A DNA stretch of 63,522 bases, the filler included, from Octopus bimaculoides (lineage: Eukaryota): NCBI RefSeq assembly GCF_001194135.2. It is 3 parts of 3 records of this genome, joined end to end, with 100 filler letters (N's around TTAATTAATTAA, not from the genome) between each part and the next. Parts side by side here need not be neighbours in the genome. Positions count along the whole stretch, not along the records: positions 17,204 to 47,515 come from NC_069002.1; 2 more parts are not named here. One strand, written 5' to 3'. Within the stretch, counting starts at the first letter, position 1. Each line of letters starts with the position of its first letter. Of the stretch, positions 27,001 through 38,903 are shown piece after piece. Made by a program: the position numbers and the translations under genes. The notes under the pieces were generated by a model that searched no databases, was not told where the DNA came from, and worked only from the letters and a program-made list of their open reading frames with translations.

Positions 27001-28612
27001 AAACAGGAATTAAAAAAAAACAAAATGACGATGATGACACAAGTTCACATCAAGAATCTTGCGAATGAAATGCAAAAACGATACAAGAACAATAAAANNN
27101 NNNNNNNNNNNNNNNNNNNNNNNNNNNNNNNNNNNNNNNNNNNNNNNNNNNNNNNNNNNNNNNNNNNNNNNNNNNNNNNNNNNNNNNNNNNNNNNNNNNN
27201 NNNNNNNNNNNNNNNNNNNNNNNNNNNNNNNNNNNNNNNNNNNNNNNNNNNNNNNNNNNNNNNNNNNNNNNNNNNNNNNNNNNNNNNNNNNNNNNNNNNN
27301 NNNNNNNNNNNNNNNNNNNNNNNNNNNNNNNNNNNNNNNNNNNNNNNNNNNNNNNNNNNNNNNNNNNNNNNNNNNNNNNNNNNNNNNNNNNNNNNNNNNN
27401 NNNNNNNNNNNNNNNNNNNNNNNNNNNNNNNNNNNNNNNNNNNNNNNNNNNNNNNNNNNNNNNNNNNNNNNNNNNNNNNNNNNNNNNNNNNNNNNNNNNN
27501 NNNNNNNNNNNNNNNNNNNNNNNNNNNNNNNNNNNNNNNNNNNNNNNNNNNNNNNNNNNNNNNNNNNNNNNNNNNNNNNNNNNNNNNNNNNNNNNNNNNN
27601 NNNNNNGGATTATAAAACTATCCATCAATAAAAAACTCCCATATTTTTAAAACCTACTTTTTGACAAAAAAGGGTTCCTTATACATGTTAAAATATGGTA
27701 AATAAATATATATAAAAAAAACAACAACCTAATAGCTTTATAATTTGAAAAAAAAAAAACCCAAATCAATCATTGGAAAATAAAAGATCAATGACCTGGC
27801 AATGGAGTCACACCAATTTGATGATTGATTGGAGTTTTTAAGCTTTATTAAGAAGCTATTAGTAACGATGTGTCAGTTTATAGATTGACAATACTAATAT
27901 ATTTTATTGTACAATCATCTTCATTAATATCTGTTTTCCATGCTGGTATGGGTTGGATGGTTTGACAGGAGCTGGTTAGGTAGAAGACTGCCGTTATGGA
28001 CATGCTGTGTTAAAAACACAATGAACATCAAAGAGACATGAAAATTCTTCCCAGCATTGACCAACGAGAGTACCAGATGTATTTCAGTCTTTTGTGCCTT
28101 TTCAATGGTGCATACTTGCAGCCAGTCACATGCTCAGATAAGAATTCCTCATCTCTGATATTGGAAAAAGCAAATAAAAAAAAACATTCACTGATGTTGC
28201 AAATAGCCACTAAGTTGAATAAAAATCTGGTATATGCAATTGACGGAATATTTAAATAAAATAGCTATCTATGTATCATACTTAATGTAAATACATCTTT
28301 GATAGGACAGTTCCTGCAGTATTTCTCTTATGGACTTTGCTGTGTTATAAACAATAAATATCAAATAGAGATGAAAATTTGTTTCAGCAGTGACCAGTGA
28401 GAGTACCAAATGCATTTTGAGCTTTTGGCATTTTCAAAAAGCTCAGTTACATGCTCAGACAAGAATTCATTCTCTCTGACATAGAAAAACGTCAAAGTTT
28501 GTGTATGTACACTGTGATTCAGAGATGGTTATTTTAATTAAATACTACCCCAGGTAGGGAATACTAGACTAATATATACACATTTTACTGCACAATATTA
28601 ATATCACAATAG

Positions 28613-28808
28613 GAAGATGTACCTTACATAGAGTACCACAACAGAAAGAGTACTTTCCATAGAGGTACCATAACAGAAGGTGTACCTTACATAGGGTACC
28701 ATAACAGGTGTATCTTACATAGAGATCCTACAGTAGAATTGTACATTAAATAAAAGTACCACAACAGAGGTATACCTTACATAGAGTTACCACAAAATAT
28801 GTACCTTT
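28613..28808. repeat. Degenerate minisatellite, about 6 x 30 bp
   Basis: Unit approximately GTACCTTACATAGAGTACCACAACAGAAGGT. Confidence 0.9.
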
Positions 28809-28976
28809 GCATTGCAGTTTTGCAACTTGACACTGAAGTACCAGAACAGAGGTGAATGTTAAGCAGAAACAAACAGAATTTGTCATAAAATATCATGTTC
28901 CCACCCCAAACCAGTCCAATGCGGACATTTCCACTGAAACAGGAAAACAGATAACCACTACAAACCAATATAGAAT

Positions 28977-29007
<31 letters not shown>

Positions 29008-29635
29008 ACAGATGCACACATATACACACAACAGATGCACGCATACATACACACACAGAGACACACAGCTGCCATTTCATTACCAATGTTGACATGTGAC
29101 GGTGGTATTATCATCAACTGATGATTACATTGTCAAAGAGTGGATGGGATGTTGGTGAAAGAGGAAACGATGCGAATGAAATGTCAGAAACACATCAAAC
29201 CGAAAACGGAATCCATTTCCACAGAGATGGACGGACGTGACAGCACTGCGAGACCACTTCAAAACAACACAGAGCGAAAATATAGCTTTTTATGTCAAAG
29301 AGAATCTTGGCTAAGGCACCGAATGAGAGACAATCTTCACCAGCAGAGCAGCAGCTTGAAGATTTTAATAAATTATTTTACTTGGAAATTCACCTAAATT
29401 AACAGAAACACGAGTCTGAAAGTAATTAAAGTTAGATTCTTTAAGTATTAATTGAATATAGAATGATATGTAGGACAGTCCAACAGAGATATGTTGGAAA
29501 CACCTGTGTACTACTGAGACATAAATTATCCAGGTAAGATAGTGTCTGTGGGATAAATGGACATAATAGAGTTAAATGTTATTTATTTGAGTTCTGAAAC
29601 TTTAATTATGGTTTCCAAGTTTAGCACAAAGACAC

Positions 29636-29804
29636 GAAGTTATAGGAGATGTCTTCGATGAAGCCATGAAGTTATAGGAGACGTCTTCGATGAAGCCATG
29701 AAGTTATAGGAGACGTCTTCAATGAAGACGAAGTTATAGGAGATGTCGTCAATCAAATCATGAAGTTATAGGAGACGTCTTCAATGAAATAAATGAAGTT
29801 ATAG
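29636..29804. repeat. Minisatellite, about 5.3 x 32 bp
   Basis: Unit GAAGTTATAGGAGACGTCTTCGATGAAGCCAT. Confidence 0.95.
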
Positions 29805-29899
29805 CAGAGGTTCATGGTAAAGATACAAAGTTAGAGAAAAAGTTCACAGCTGATATATTGGACATTTCCCCTCCCTGGTATCATCATTGTTTAAATGTC

Positions 29900-30345
29900 C
29901 ACTTTTCCATGTCTGCATGGATTGGATGGAGTTTATTTTGGCAAATTTTCTATGGCTAGATGCCCTTCTTGTTGCCAACCTTCATCTGTTTTCAAGAAAG
30001 ATATTTCGCTGTGGCCAGACACATTTTTGCAGAGTAATGGCATTCATTTACAATAATCATGCAAAGCTAAGACAAAGAGACACAAACACATACACTCACT
30101 CACACACATACACATACATACATGCATGCATGTGACAGGCTTCTTTCAGTTTCCATCTACCAAATTTACTCACAAGGCTTTGATTGGCCCAGAACTATAA
30201 TAGAAAATATTTTGCCCAAGGTGCCACACAGTGGGACTGAACCTGAAACCAATGTGGTTGAAAGCAACACAGCCACATCTGTNNNNNNNNNNACACAGTG
30301 GGACTGAACCTGAAACCAATGTGGTTGAAAGCAACACAGCCACAT
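29900..30345 (-). mobile_element. Composite A/E SINE, second copy
   Basis: Same architecture as 26577-27000 in reverse: GATGCCCTTCTTGTTGCCAACC tail, microsatellite, A-type head. Confidence 0.72.
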
Positions 30346-30469
30346 CTGTAAGCAGCTGGAAATGATTTTAATGAACCAAAAAAAAAAAAAGGTACTGTCA
30401 CTAATTGGTAAATTTTAAACTCACACTGTAGAGGAACAAGATTTTGGGCAACATTTAATCCGTGCCTAA

Positions 30470-30890
30470 CCATGAAGAAGGAGGGAAACCTTGGATCACA
30501 TCCTCAGCATTTATCCACCCTGGGTGAAGTATGCTGCTACCGGTGGAATAATCTGGTCCTGAAGGGCCCATAGTACACTCAACCTGCAGCGGAATTAGCC
30601 ATTACAGGTGCCTCTACCAAACAAAGATGATTTGCTTTCGTCAAGGTTGTCTTCAAAATGGTACCAAGTGCCTATCTACTTCTCCTGGTCTTTGAATAAC
30701 AGCAAAAGCCTAGGAGTGGCAAGTGATGCAAGGAAATGGATGAAGTTCCTGGAAACTGTCACTTCAACATCACTAAAGCCAGACATGGTGCTCTCACCTC
30801 AGAAGCATTCAAGCAGGTGTAGTTCTGTTGGAAGTCTCCATTCCCTGGGAGGACCATACGGAAGAGGCAAACCTCAGGATAGTTCCTAAC
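30470..30890 (+). mobile_element. Decayed non-LTR retrotransposon C-terminus with zinc-knuckle and restriction-like endonuclease (NeSL/R2/R4-type)
   Basis: Frameshifted translation RETLDHILSIYP / LGEVCCYRWNNLVLK ... MKFLETVTSTSLKPDMVL / VVLLEVSIPWEDHTEEANLR matches the CCHC-HILS..RWRHD and PD..ELTVPWE motifs of RLE LINEs. Confidence 0.82.
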
Positions 30891-30979
30891 TGAGATGAAC
30901 CTATTAGCTAAGACTCTCCAACCATACCCCTCCCATCTATTGAACAGATATATGTATCATGATAAAATGTGAGTTAAGT

Positions 30980-31274
30980 CAGGGGTTTTCAAACTGTGGT
31001 CCGCGGACCACAGGGGGTCTGCAAGGACAAGACAAGGGGTCCGTGGGCAGCAAATACTTTTTATGGGCAATTTGATTTTATATATGTTTTTTAATTGAAA
31101 TATTTTAATTGACAATAAACCTATTTGTTAAATACTGTTAAATAAATAAATGTAAACATATGTTATTTCAAGCAAACATTTATGTTTAAATTTCATAAGC
31201 GTTTATAAGGGGGTCCTTAAGGTAAAGCCTGAAATATAAAGGGGTCCGCAAGTCAAAAAGTTTGAAAACCTCTG
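30980..31274. mobile_element. hAT (Charlie-like) MITE, 295 bp
   Basis: TIRs CAGGGGTTTTCAAACT / AGTTTGAAAACCTCTG (15/16 match), perfect 8-bp TSD AGTTAAGT at 30972-30979 and 31275-31282, and subterminal GGGGTCC motifs. Confidence 0.93.
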
Positions 31275-31719
31275 AGTTAAGTGATGTTCAGCTGCTGTTT
31301 CTAACAAAGTGAGTGGCCACACAGAGGCTTTCTCACTGTTTAGTGGAATGGGGGGGGGGGTATTGGATGGTACGTGGTAGGTGCAATCATAGCAGAGCAG
31401 TTACCATCTAAGAAGGGGATACGGAAGACTGGATGCCTCACCGCTCTCATTATTGTTTGACAATAGATGAGTTGCTAGGAAACAGATAAGTTACCAGGCA
31501 ACAGTTATGTTGCCTGGCAGTGAATAACAGTGAAAAAAACAAAAAAAACAAAAATTTCAACCAACAAAATATGAAAATAGAATTCTCTTACCAAAAACCC
31601 TTCTACAAACCTGTAATATCTACCCCACTCCACCCCCAATACCTCTCATTCCTAGCATTTACCATCTCTCACTTCTCCCCTTGCACTATCCACTCCTACT
31701 ACCTTGCAGTACCACATTG

Positions 31720-32260
31720 CTTTCTCTCTCTCACATCTTTCAGTATTTTACCCTCTCATACTTTTGCCTCTCTTTCACTCTCTCCCTCTCTGACACCTTC
31801 CAGTCTTTCACACACACACACACACATTCCCTCTCTCTCTCATATCTATCAGCCTTTCTTTCATGCCCTCGATTTCTCTCTCACATTTTGCAGTCTTTCT
31901 TTCACTCACACTCTCATAACTTTCAGTCTGTTTCTCTCTTTCTTTCACTCACTCACTCACACACACACACACACTCCCTCTCTCCCTCTATCTTTCAGTC
32001 TTCCTTTCACACACACATATACTCTCTCTCCTTCTCTCTCTCAGCTTTCAGTCTCTCTCTCTCCCTCTATCTTTCAGTCTACCTTCCACACACATACACT
32101 TTCTTTCTCCCTCTCAGCTTTCAGTCTCTCTCTCTTTCCATTTCTCATTCTACCTTTCACACACACAGTCTTTCTTTCTCTCTCTCTCTCTCTCTCTCTC
32201 ACCCCCCTTTTCTCTCAAATACCTTTCTGTCTCTCTCTCCCACTCGCTCTTTCTTTCCAG
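31720..32260. repeat. CT/CA compound minisatellite with recurring TTTCAGTCT
   Basis: About 10 recurrences of CTTTCAGTCT..TTTCACACAC between (CT)n runs. Confidence 0.85.
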
Positions 32261-32352
32261 TAACCTTAACAGAAAACAATCAATAAGTCTTTATCCCCCA
32301 CCCCCACCTCACACTTTCCCTGATTCTCCTCAAAGATACCTCAACCAAACAC

Positions 32353-32383
<31 letters not shown>

Positions 32384-32444
32384 NNNNNNNNNNNNNNNNN
32401 NNNNNNNNNNNNNNNNNNNNNNNNNNNNNNNNNNNNNNNNNNNN

Positions 32445-32482
<38 letters not shown>

Positions 32483-32719
32483 TGCATTCTCTGCTGAAAA
32501 AATTAAGGAACTGCGTGGTTATATATAGTAACTATATCCAGGTGGATGTAGATTGCGTGTGTGTGTGTGTGTGTGTGTGTGTGGATCAATTTACAGAAAT
32601 ATGTCAGCATTAAGTTTTCAATGAAATACCATTTAAGATTTATGAGTGTGTGTGTGGAGGAGGGGGGGTAAATATAATTTGTGGGGGGTGGGTGCTGAAT
32701 CAGTAATAGTTTGTGTATG

Positions 32720-32758
<39 letters not shown>

Positions 32759-32950
32759 AAGTTTTGCTTTTTCGTTCATTGATTATGCACAAAGGGACAA
32801 ACAAACAAACAAAAAAAAAATACAACAAATAGATAAATATAATTAAAATATTAAATAAGGCAAACAGTTAAATTAGATAAAGGCTTAATATTAATTAGGT
32901 CAAATTGTAAATATATTAAATAGGACCTATATCGAAAAAGAGAATTACTG

Positions 32951-33148
32951 TTTTACTTGTTTCAGTCATTTGACTGCGGCCATGCTGGAGCACCGCCTTT
33001 AGTTGAGCAAATCTACCACAGGACTTATTCTTTGTAAGCCTAGTACTTACTTATTCTATTGGTCTCTTTTGCCGAACTGCTAAGTTACGGGGACATAAAT
33101 ACACCAGCATCAGTTGTCAAGCAATGTTTGGGGGACAAACATATACAC

Positions 33149-33179
<31 letters not shown>

Positions 33180-33348
33180 CACATATATACGATGGGCTTC
33201 TTTCAGTTTCCGTCTACCAAATCCACTCACAAGGCTTTGGTCAGCCCGAGGCTATAGTAGAAGACACTTGTCCAAGGTGCCACGCAGTTGGACTGAACCC
33301 GGAACCATGTGGTTGGTAAGCAAGCTACTTACCACACAGCCACTCCTG
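32951..33348 (-). mobile_element. Full-length SINE-A
   Basis: Head, internal microsatellite and tail are colinear with 18971-19382. Confidence 0.92.
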
Positions 33349-33712
33349 ATCAAAAAAATTTTAGAATAAATGGCAGTTTCAAATTTTGGCACAAGGACAG
33401 CAATTTAGAGGGGAGGGGCAAATTGATTCCATCAACTCCAGTGCTCAACTGGTGCCGTATATGCTTGTGGATAGGTCAAACCCTTAGTTTCGGGTTGTCA
33501 AGACAGGTATTTGCGGTTGACTCACAAATAGGTCACACTATAATCTGGGGAGTTCCACAACCCCCTTTTTCACATAAATATAACTAACATTTGTTAAATA
33601 TTATCAAGCATTCATCTTTATTTCTAAACTTTGCTTACGATTATTAAGACATTTTCGCAGGAATAACTTTACCAAAGCAGTCCAATTAATAAATCCACTT
33701 GGCTACCAATGT

Positions 33713-33866
33713 ACTCTTTTATTTGTTTCAGTCATTTGACTGAGGCCATGCTGGAGCATCGCCTTTAGTCGAACAAATCGACCCCAGGACTTATTCTTTG
33801 CAAGCCTAGTACTTATTCTATCGGTCCCTCTTTTGCCAGACCGCTAAGTTACAGGGACTAAACACA
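33713..33866 (-). mobile_element. SINE-A 3' half
   Basis: TTGTTTCAGTCATTTGACTGAGGCCATGCTGGAGCA..GACCCCAGGACTTATTC. Confidence 0.88.
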
Positions 33867-34139
33867 CCTCCATGTGGATGATACCCCACTTGTTACTCTG
33901 AAACCTTCGGCATCCACCTTGGGCCAAATGGGGATTCTGTCAAGTGGTAGAATGAAGTGGTAGATAAAGTACAGCTTAGTCAGTGTGATTTTATGGATTG
34001 GGTATTCTGCATGTACTTTGTACTTCCAAATGTATAGAGGCAGTTATATGGAGAGAAAGAGAAGGGAACAGAGAGAGACAGAGAGATACAGAGGGACAGA
34101 AAGAGAGAGAGAGACACACAGACAGAAGGACAGAGAGAG

Positions 34140-34625
34140 ACACAGTCAGACAGATACAAACAGTTGGATGGACAGAGACAGTCGGATGGACAGAGACAGT
34201 CGGATGGACAGAGACAGTCGGATGGACAGAGACAGTCGGATGGACAGAGACAGAAAGCTGGAGAGACAGAGGCAGAAACAGTCAAATAAACAGAGACAGT
34301 CGGACGGACAAAGACAGTCGGACAAACAGAGACAGTTGGACGGACAAAGACAGTCGGACAAACAGAGACAGTCGGACGGACAGAGATAGTCGGATGGACA
34401 GAGACTGTTGGACAGACAGACAATCACACAGACAGAAAGTCGGACAGATAGAGTCAGTTGGACAGAGACAGAAACAGCCAAACAGACAGAGACAGTCGGA
34501 CAAACAGAGACAATCAGAGACAATTGGACACAGACAGAGAGAGACGGAGGCAAATGACTAGAGATAACTGGACAGAAGCAGTCAGACAGACAGGAACAAT
34601 TGGACAGAGACAGCCAGACAGACAA
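34140..34625. repeat. 18-bp minisatellite decaying into GACA-rich sequence
   Basis: Four perfect GGACAGAGACAGTCGGAT units at about 34170-34245 plus many variants. Confidence 0.92.
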
Positions 34626-35826
34626 ACAGAAAAACAGAGAGAGAGAGAAAGAGAGTGAGTGTGTGAATGTTAAGACAGTGACTCTCTGAGGAAGGTAGAC
34701 AGAAACAACATTGGAAGGGGTAGTGTAGGGGGAAGGGGAGAGAGTGCGTGGGTGGGTGTTGTGTGTAAGATGGAGTATAGCTCGAGAGGAGGATAGGAGG
34801 ATGTGATATNNNNNNNNNNNNNNNNNNNNNNNNNNNNNNNNNNNNNNNNNNNNNNNNNNNNNNNNNNNNNNNNNNNNNNNNNNNNNNNNNNNNNNNNNNN
34901 NNNNNNNNNNNNNNNNNNNNNNNNNNNNNNNNNNNNNNNNNNNNNNNNNNNNNNNNNNNNNNNNNNNNNNNNNNNNNNNNNNNNNNNNNNNNNNNNNNNN
35001 NNNNNNNNNNNNNNNNNNNNNNNNNNNNNNNNNNNNNNNNNNNNNNNNNNNNNNNNNNNNNNNNNNNNNNNNNNNNNNNNNNNNNNNNNNNNNNNNNNNN
35101 NNNNNNNNNNNNNNNNNNNNNNNNNNNNNNNNNNNNNNNNNNNNNNNNNNNNNNNNNNNNNNNNNNNNNNNNNNNNNNNNNNNNNNNNNNNNNNNNNNNN
35201 NNNNNNNNNNNNNNNNNNNNNNNNNNNNNNNNNNNNNNNNNNNNNNNNNNNNNNNNNNNNNNNNNNNNNNNNNNNNNNNNNNNNNNNNNNNNNNNNNNNN
35301 NNNNNNNNNNNNNNNNNNNNNNNNNNNNNNNNNNNNNNNNNNNNNNNNNNNNNNNNNNNNNNNNNNNNNNNNNNNNNNNNNNNNNNNNNNNNNNNNNNNN
35401 NNNNNNNNNNNNNNNNNNNNNNNNNNNNNNNNNNNNNNNNNNNNNNNNNNNNNNNNNNNNNNNNNNNNNNNNNNNNNNNNNNNNNNNNNNNNNNNNNNNN
35501 NNNNNNNNNNNNNNNNNNNNNNNNNNNNNNNNNNNNNNNNNNNNNNNNNNNNNNNNNNNNNNNNNNNNNNNNNNNNNNNNNNNNNNNNNNNNNNNNNNNN
35601 NNNNNNNNNNNNNNNNNNNNNNNNNNNNNNNNNNNNNNNNNNNNNNNNNNNNNNNNNNNNNNNNNNNNNNNNNNNNNNNNNNNNNNNNNNNNNNNNNNNN
35701 NNNNNNNNNNNNNNNNNNNNNNNNNNNNNNNNNNNNNNNNNNNNNNNNNNNNNNNNNNNNNNNNNNNNNNNNNNNNNNNNNNNNNNAAACATAAAATAAT
35801 AATAATAATGATAATAATAATAATAG

Positions 35827-36101
35827 TTGCCAGTACCGCCGGACTGACTCCTGTGCAGGTGGCACGTAAAATACACCATTTCGAGCGTGGCCGTTGCCAG
35901 TACCGCCCGACTGGCCTTCGTGCCGTTGGCACGTAAAAGCACTCACTACACTATCAGAGTGGTTGGCGTTAGGAAGGGCATCCAGCTGTTGAAACTCTGC
36001 CAAATCAGATTGGAGCCTGGTGCAGCCATCTGGTTCACCAGTCCTCAGTCAAACCATCCAACCCATGCTAGCATGGAAAGCGGACGTTAAACGATGATGA
36101 T
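35827..36101 (+). mobile_element. Family D element
   Basis: TGCCAGTACCGCC..GGCACGTAAAA repeats, GGTTGGCGTTAGGAAGGGCATCCAGC, GGAAAGCGGACGTTAAACGATGATGAT. Confidence 0.88.
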
Positions 36102-36135
36102 AATAATAATAATAATAATAATAACAACAATAATA

Positions 36136-36768
36136 TTAATCCTTTCTCCTAAAGGTACAAGGCCTGAAATTTTGATCCCAGTATGCAACTGGTACATAAT
36201 TCATTGACCCCGAAAGGAGGACAGGCAAAGTCGACCTCAGTGGAATTTGAACTCGGAACGTAAAGATGGACGAAATGCCGCTAAGTATTTTTCCTGGTAT
36301 TCTAACAATCCTGCTATCTTGCTGCCTTAGATAATCCTTTCTATTATAGGCACAAAGCCTGAAATTTTGGGGGAGGAGGCATAGTTGATTACATTGACCC
36401 CAGTAGCAAACTGGTACTTTATTTTATTGACCCCAAAAGAATGAGAAGACAAAGTCAAACTCTGGAATTTGAACTTGGAATGTAAAGTCAGACCAAATGC
36501 TTAACAGCATTTTGTCTGGCATGCTAATAAATCTGTCAGCTCGCTATAATAACGATCCTTTCTACTATAGGCACAAGGCCTGAAATTTTGGGGAGGGGAG
36601 TAGTCGATTGCACCGACCCCAGTGTTTCATTGGTACTTATTTTATCAACCCCAAAAGGATGAAAAGCAAAGTCGACCTCAGTGGAATTTGAACTCAGAAC
36701 GCAACAACAGGTGCAATACTGCAAAGCATTTCGCCCAGCATGCTAACGATTCTGCCAGCTCGCTGTCA
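36136..36768 (-). mobile_element. Head-to-tail trimer of SINE-C
   Basis: Three colinear copies (36136-36328, 36331-36545, 36546-36768), each starting on the + strand with AATCCTTTCT..AGG(C/T)ACAA(G/A)GCCTGAAATTTT and containing GGAATTTGAACT. Confidence 0.9.
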
Positions 36769-37201
36769 TAATAATAATAATAATAATAATAATAATATCA
36801 GTTTGGAAGCAGTGAACCAGTCACCAATATTCCATGCCCTCCGTATAATGGTTTGAGTGGGGACCAGCACTCATCAGTGACCCTTGAGTAACAGTCATTT
36901 TATACTGGCCACTGCTCATATCACTACTGACACCATTCTGCCACAAATTGCTGCCACACATAAATGAAAAAGCAGGTGGCGAAAAGAGTACTCAAATACC
37001 AAAAGGTAGAGTCAAATATTTCATTGAAGCTAGCGTTTGATGGAAACATCCGTCAGATAGTTATGAAAATTCAGAATAATACAATAAATTTGATAAATAA
37101 TAGATAAGTTATAGATTATTGTATTGAATACTAACGAATGTCTGGTGAGCAGTTATATGAAATTGAGTAACTGTTTGTGAATTTTTTTCAGTTTCAATAA
37201 G

Positions 37202-37237
<36 letters not shown>

Positions 37238-37627
37238 ATTAATCAATGAAATTTCAACCACAGTGGAACATGACTGTCATCGCATAAACCTGATGACTGC
37301 ATAAACACATGAAAGTACTAGTTTATTTGAATATTGCAAAATTGTAAATAATAAAACATGAAAATCAGATTAAGTTGGAATTTCATTGATTGATATATTC
37401 TTCTATACACAAAATTACAATTTGGGCACACACACACACACATACATATATATGCACACACACACACACACATGCATATATATGCACACACACACACACA
37501 CATGCATATATATGCACACACACACACACACANNNNNNNNNNNNNNNNNNNNNNNNNNNNNNNNNNNNNNNNNNNNNNNNNNNNNNNNNNNNNNNNNNNN
37601 NNNNNNNNNNNNNNNNNNNNNNNNNNN

Positions 37628-37667
<40 letters not shown>

Positions 37668-37744
37668 AAAAAAAATAAACAAAAGACAAAGACAGGTGGT
37701 GTAGACAAAGAGGGAAAATATACCCTTCTCCTTTTCCCTATTTT

Positions 37745-37798
37745 TCTCTGATGACAGAATATCCCTTGCTCTGGGATATCCCAGAAACAACTGTAAGA
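37745..37798 (+). ncRNA. Degenerate type I hammerhead ribozyme, likely inactive
   Basis: TCT/AGA stem I, CTGATGA core (37748-54), ATATCCC/GGGATAT hairpin in stem II, GAAA (37784-87), stem III ACA-AC-TGT, GUA site. The G-C pair at the base of stem II is lost. Confidence 0.45.
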
Positions 37799-38612
37799 CT
37801 TTGAATTTTTTTTTCCTCCAATAATAATAATGTATATGACTTGAGATGTTTGCTTTGCCTTAACGCTCGTTATACACTTTAACAATTATATATCCGCTAC
37901 ATCTGCAATCGGAAATCTGTAATGGCCCCATAACTATCATCTCGGCTATAACCTTGGAGCCCTAGTAATCTGTTACAGCACTTACCTAGTCTACCCAACC
38001 ATTTAGATCATCTGTGAACTAAACTCCCATACTTGTGTATGATTACTTATATATATATATATACAAGTGCACATGAGCACAAGTCCAACTAGAAGCCATG
38101 TTTGTACATCACTACACAAAGAACTTGCTGCTATTTTTAATCCACTCAGCCATCACCGAATGCCGACATTTCCACTTCTTAATGGCCATAATAGATTTCT
38201 GGGTTCTGGCCAACAATATTTCAACTTTTCAGCAACAGCTAGGAACAACAACCGCCTCGTAGATATGAGCACCACCAACAACAGTTCTGACAACACCTAT
38301 AAAACCAAACAGTTTTCAATTTACCAAATAATGTTATCAGAAGTTCCAGATATTGGACAATTGACCTGGTTTGGATAATTAGAGGTGAGCGTTAGCTTGC
38401 CACTAGAGGTATGTGATAGCTTCATATGGGCATTAGACCACCAGCATACAATTAGCCTTGTGCTAGGAGCAATATGCTAAAGCCTGCCTCCATCAGCACA
38501 GCACTAAAACCTGCCTCCATGGGCAATATGTTAAGTCCACTTCTGGAGGCACTATGATAAGTCTGCCACTGGGGTCAATGAGTTGAGCCTGCCTCCAGGG
38601 GTGACGTATTAA

Positions 38613-38903
38613 CCCATTACCTCCCAGAATTCTATTAACTGGAATTTTTTATGAAACTTTGATTTCTAGCATAAAACAGCCTTAGAAACACGCTGGAATG
38701 ATCAAAATAACATTTCAAAATAACATTTTAAATTGAAATAAGCGAGATATTGGATGAAAAATTAGCAAACCTCATTTGAATATCAGAGAAATATACCTAG
38801 TAGATATAGCAAAAGGGTTAGATATGTGTAAATATTGACAGATAATTACGAAATTTGTAATTATTAAGTGCTGTCATATATGAGATCACTGGTAGGTAAT
38901 GGG
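38613..38903. mobile_element. piggyBac-like MITE, 291 bp
   Basis: TTAA on both sides (38609-12, 38904-07). Ends CCCATTACCTCCCAG / CTGGTAGGTAATGGG match 14/15 as an inverted repeat. Confidence 0.88.

Noticed and set aside
29636-29804. CRISPR-like appearance of 32-bp palindromic repeats (and the spaced 16-mers at 20384-20573)
   Set aside because: No unique spacers in the first case, irregular long intervals in the second, no cas genes, and a eukaryotic context.
33985-34561. 134-187 aa ORFs with repeated WTETVG / MDRDSR units
   Set aside because: Stop-free translation of the 18-bp minisatellite; no splice or domain evidence.
36855-36885. Minus-strand CTGATGA-GTG..CAC-TCAAAC as a hammerhead
   Set aside because: GAAA is replaced by TCAAA, and no stem I with a correctly placed UH site was found.
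38067-38378. 103-aa non-repetitive ORF MHMSTSPTRS...
   Set aside because: No recognisable domain, no convincing splice or start context, and the length is within chance expectation.
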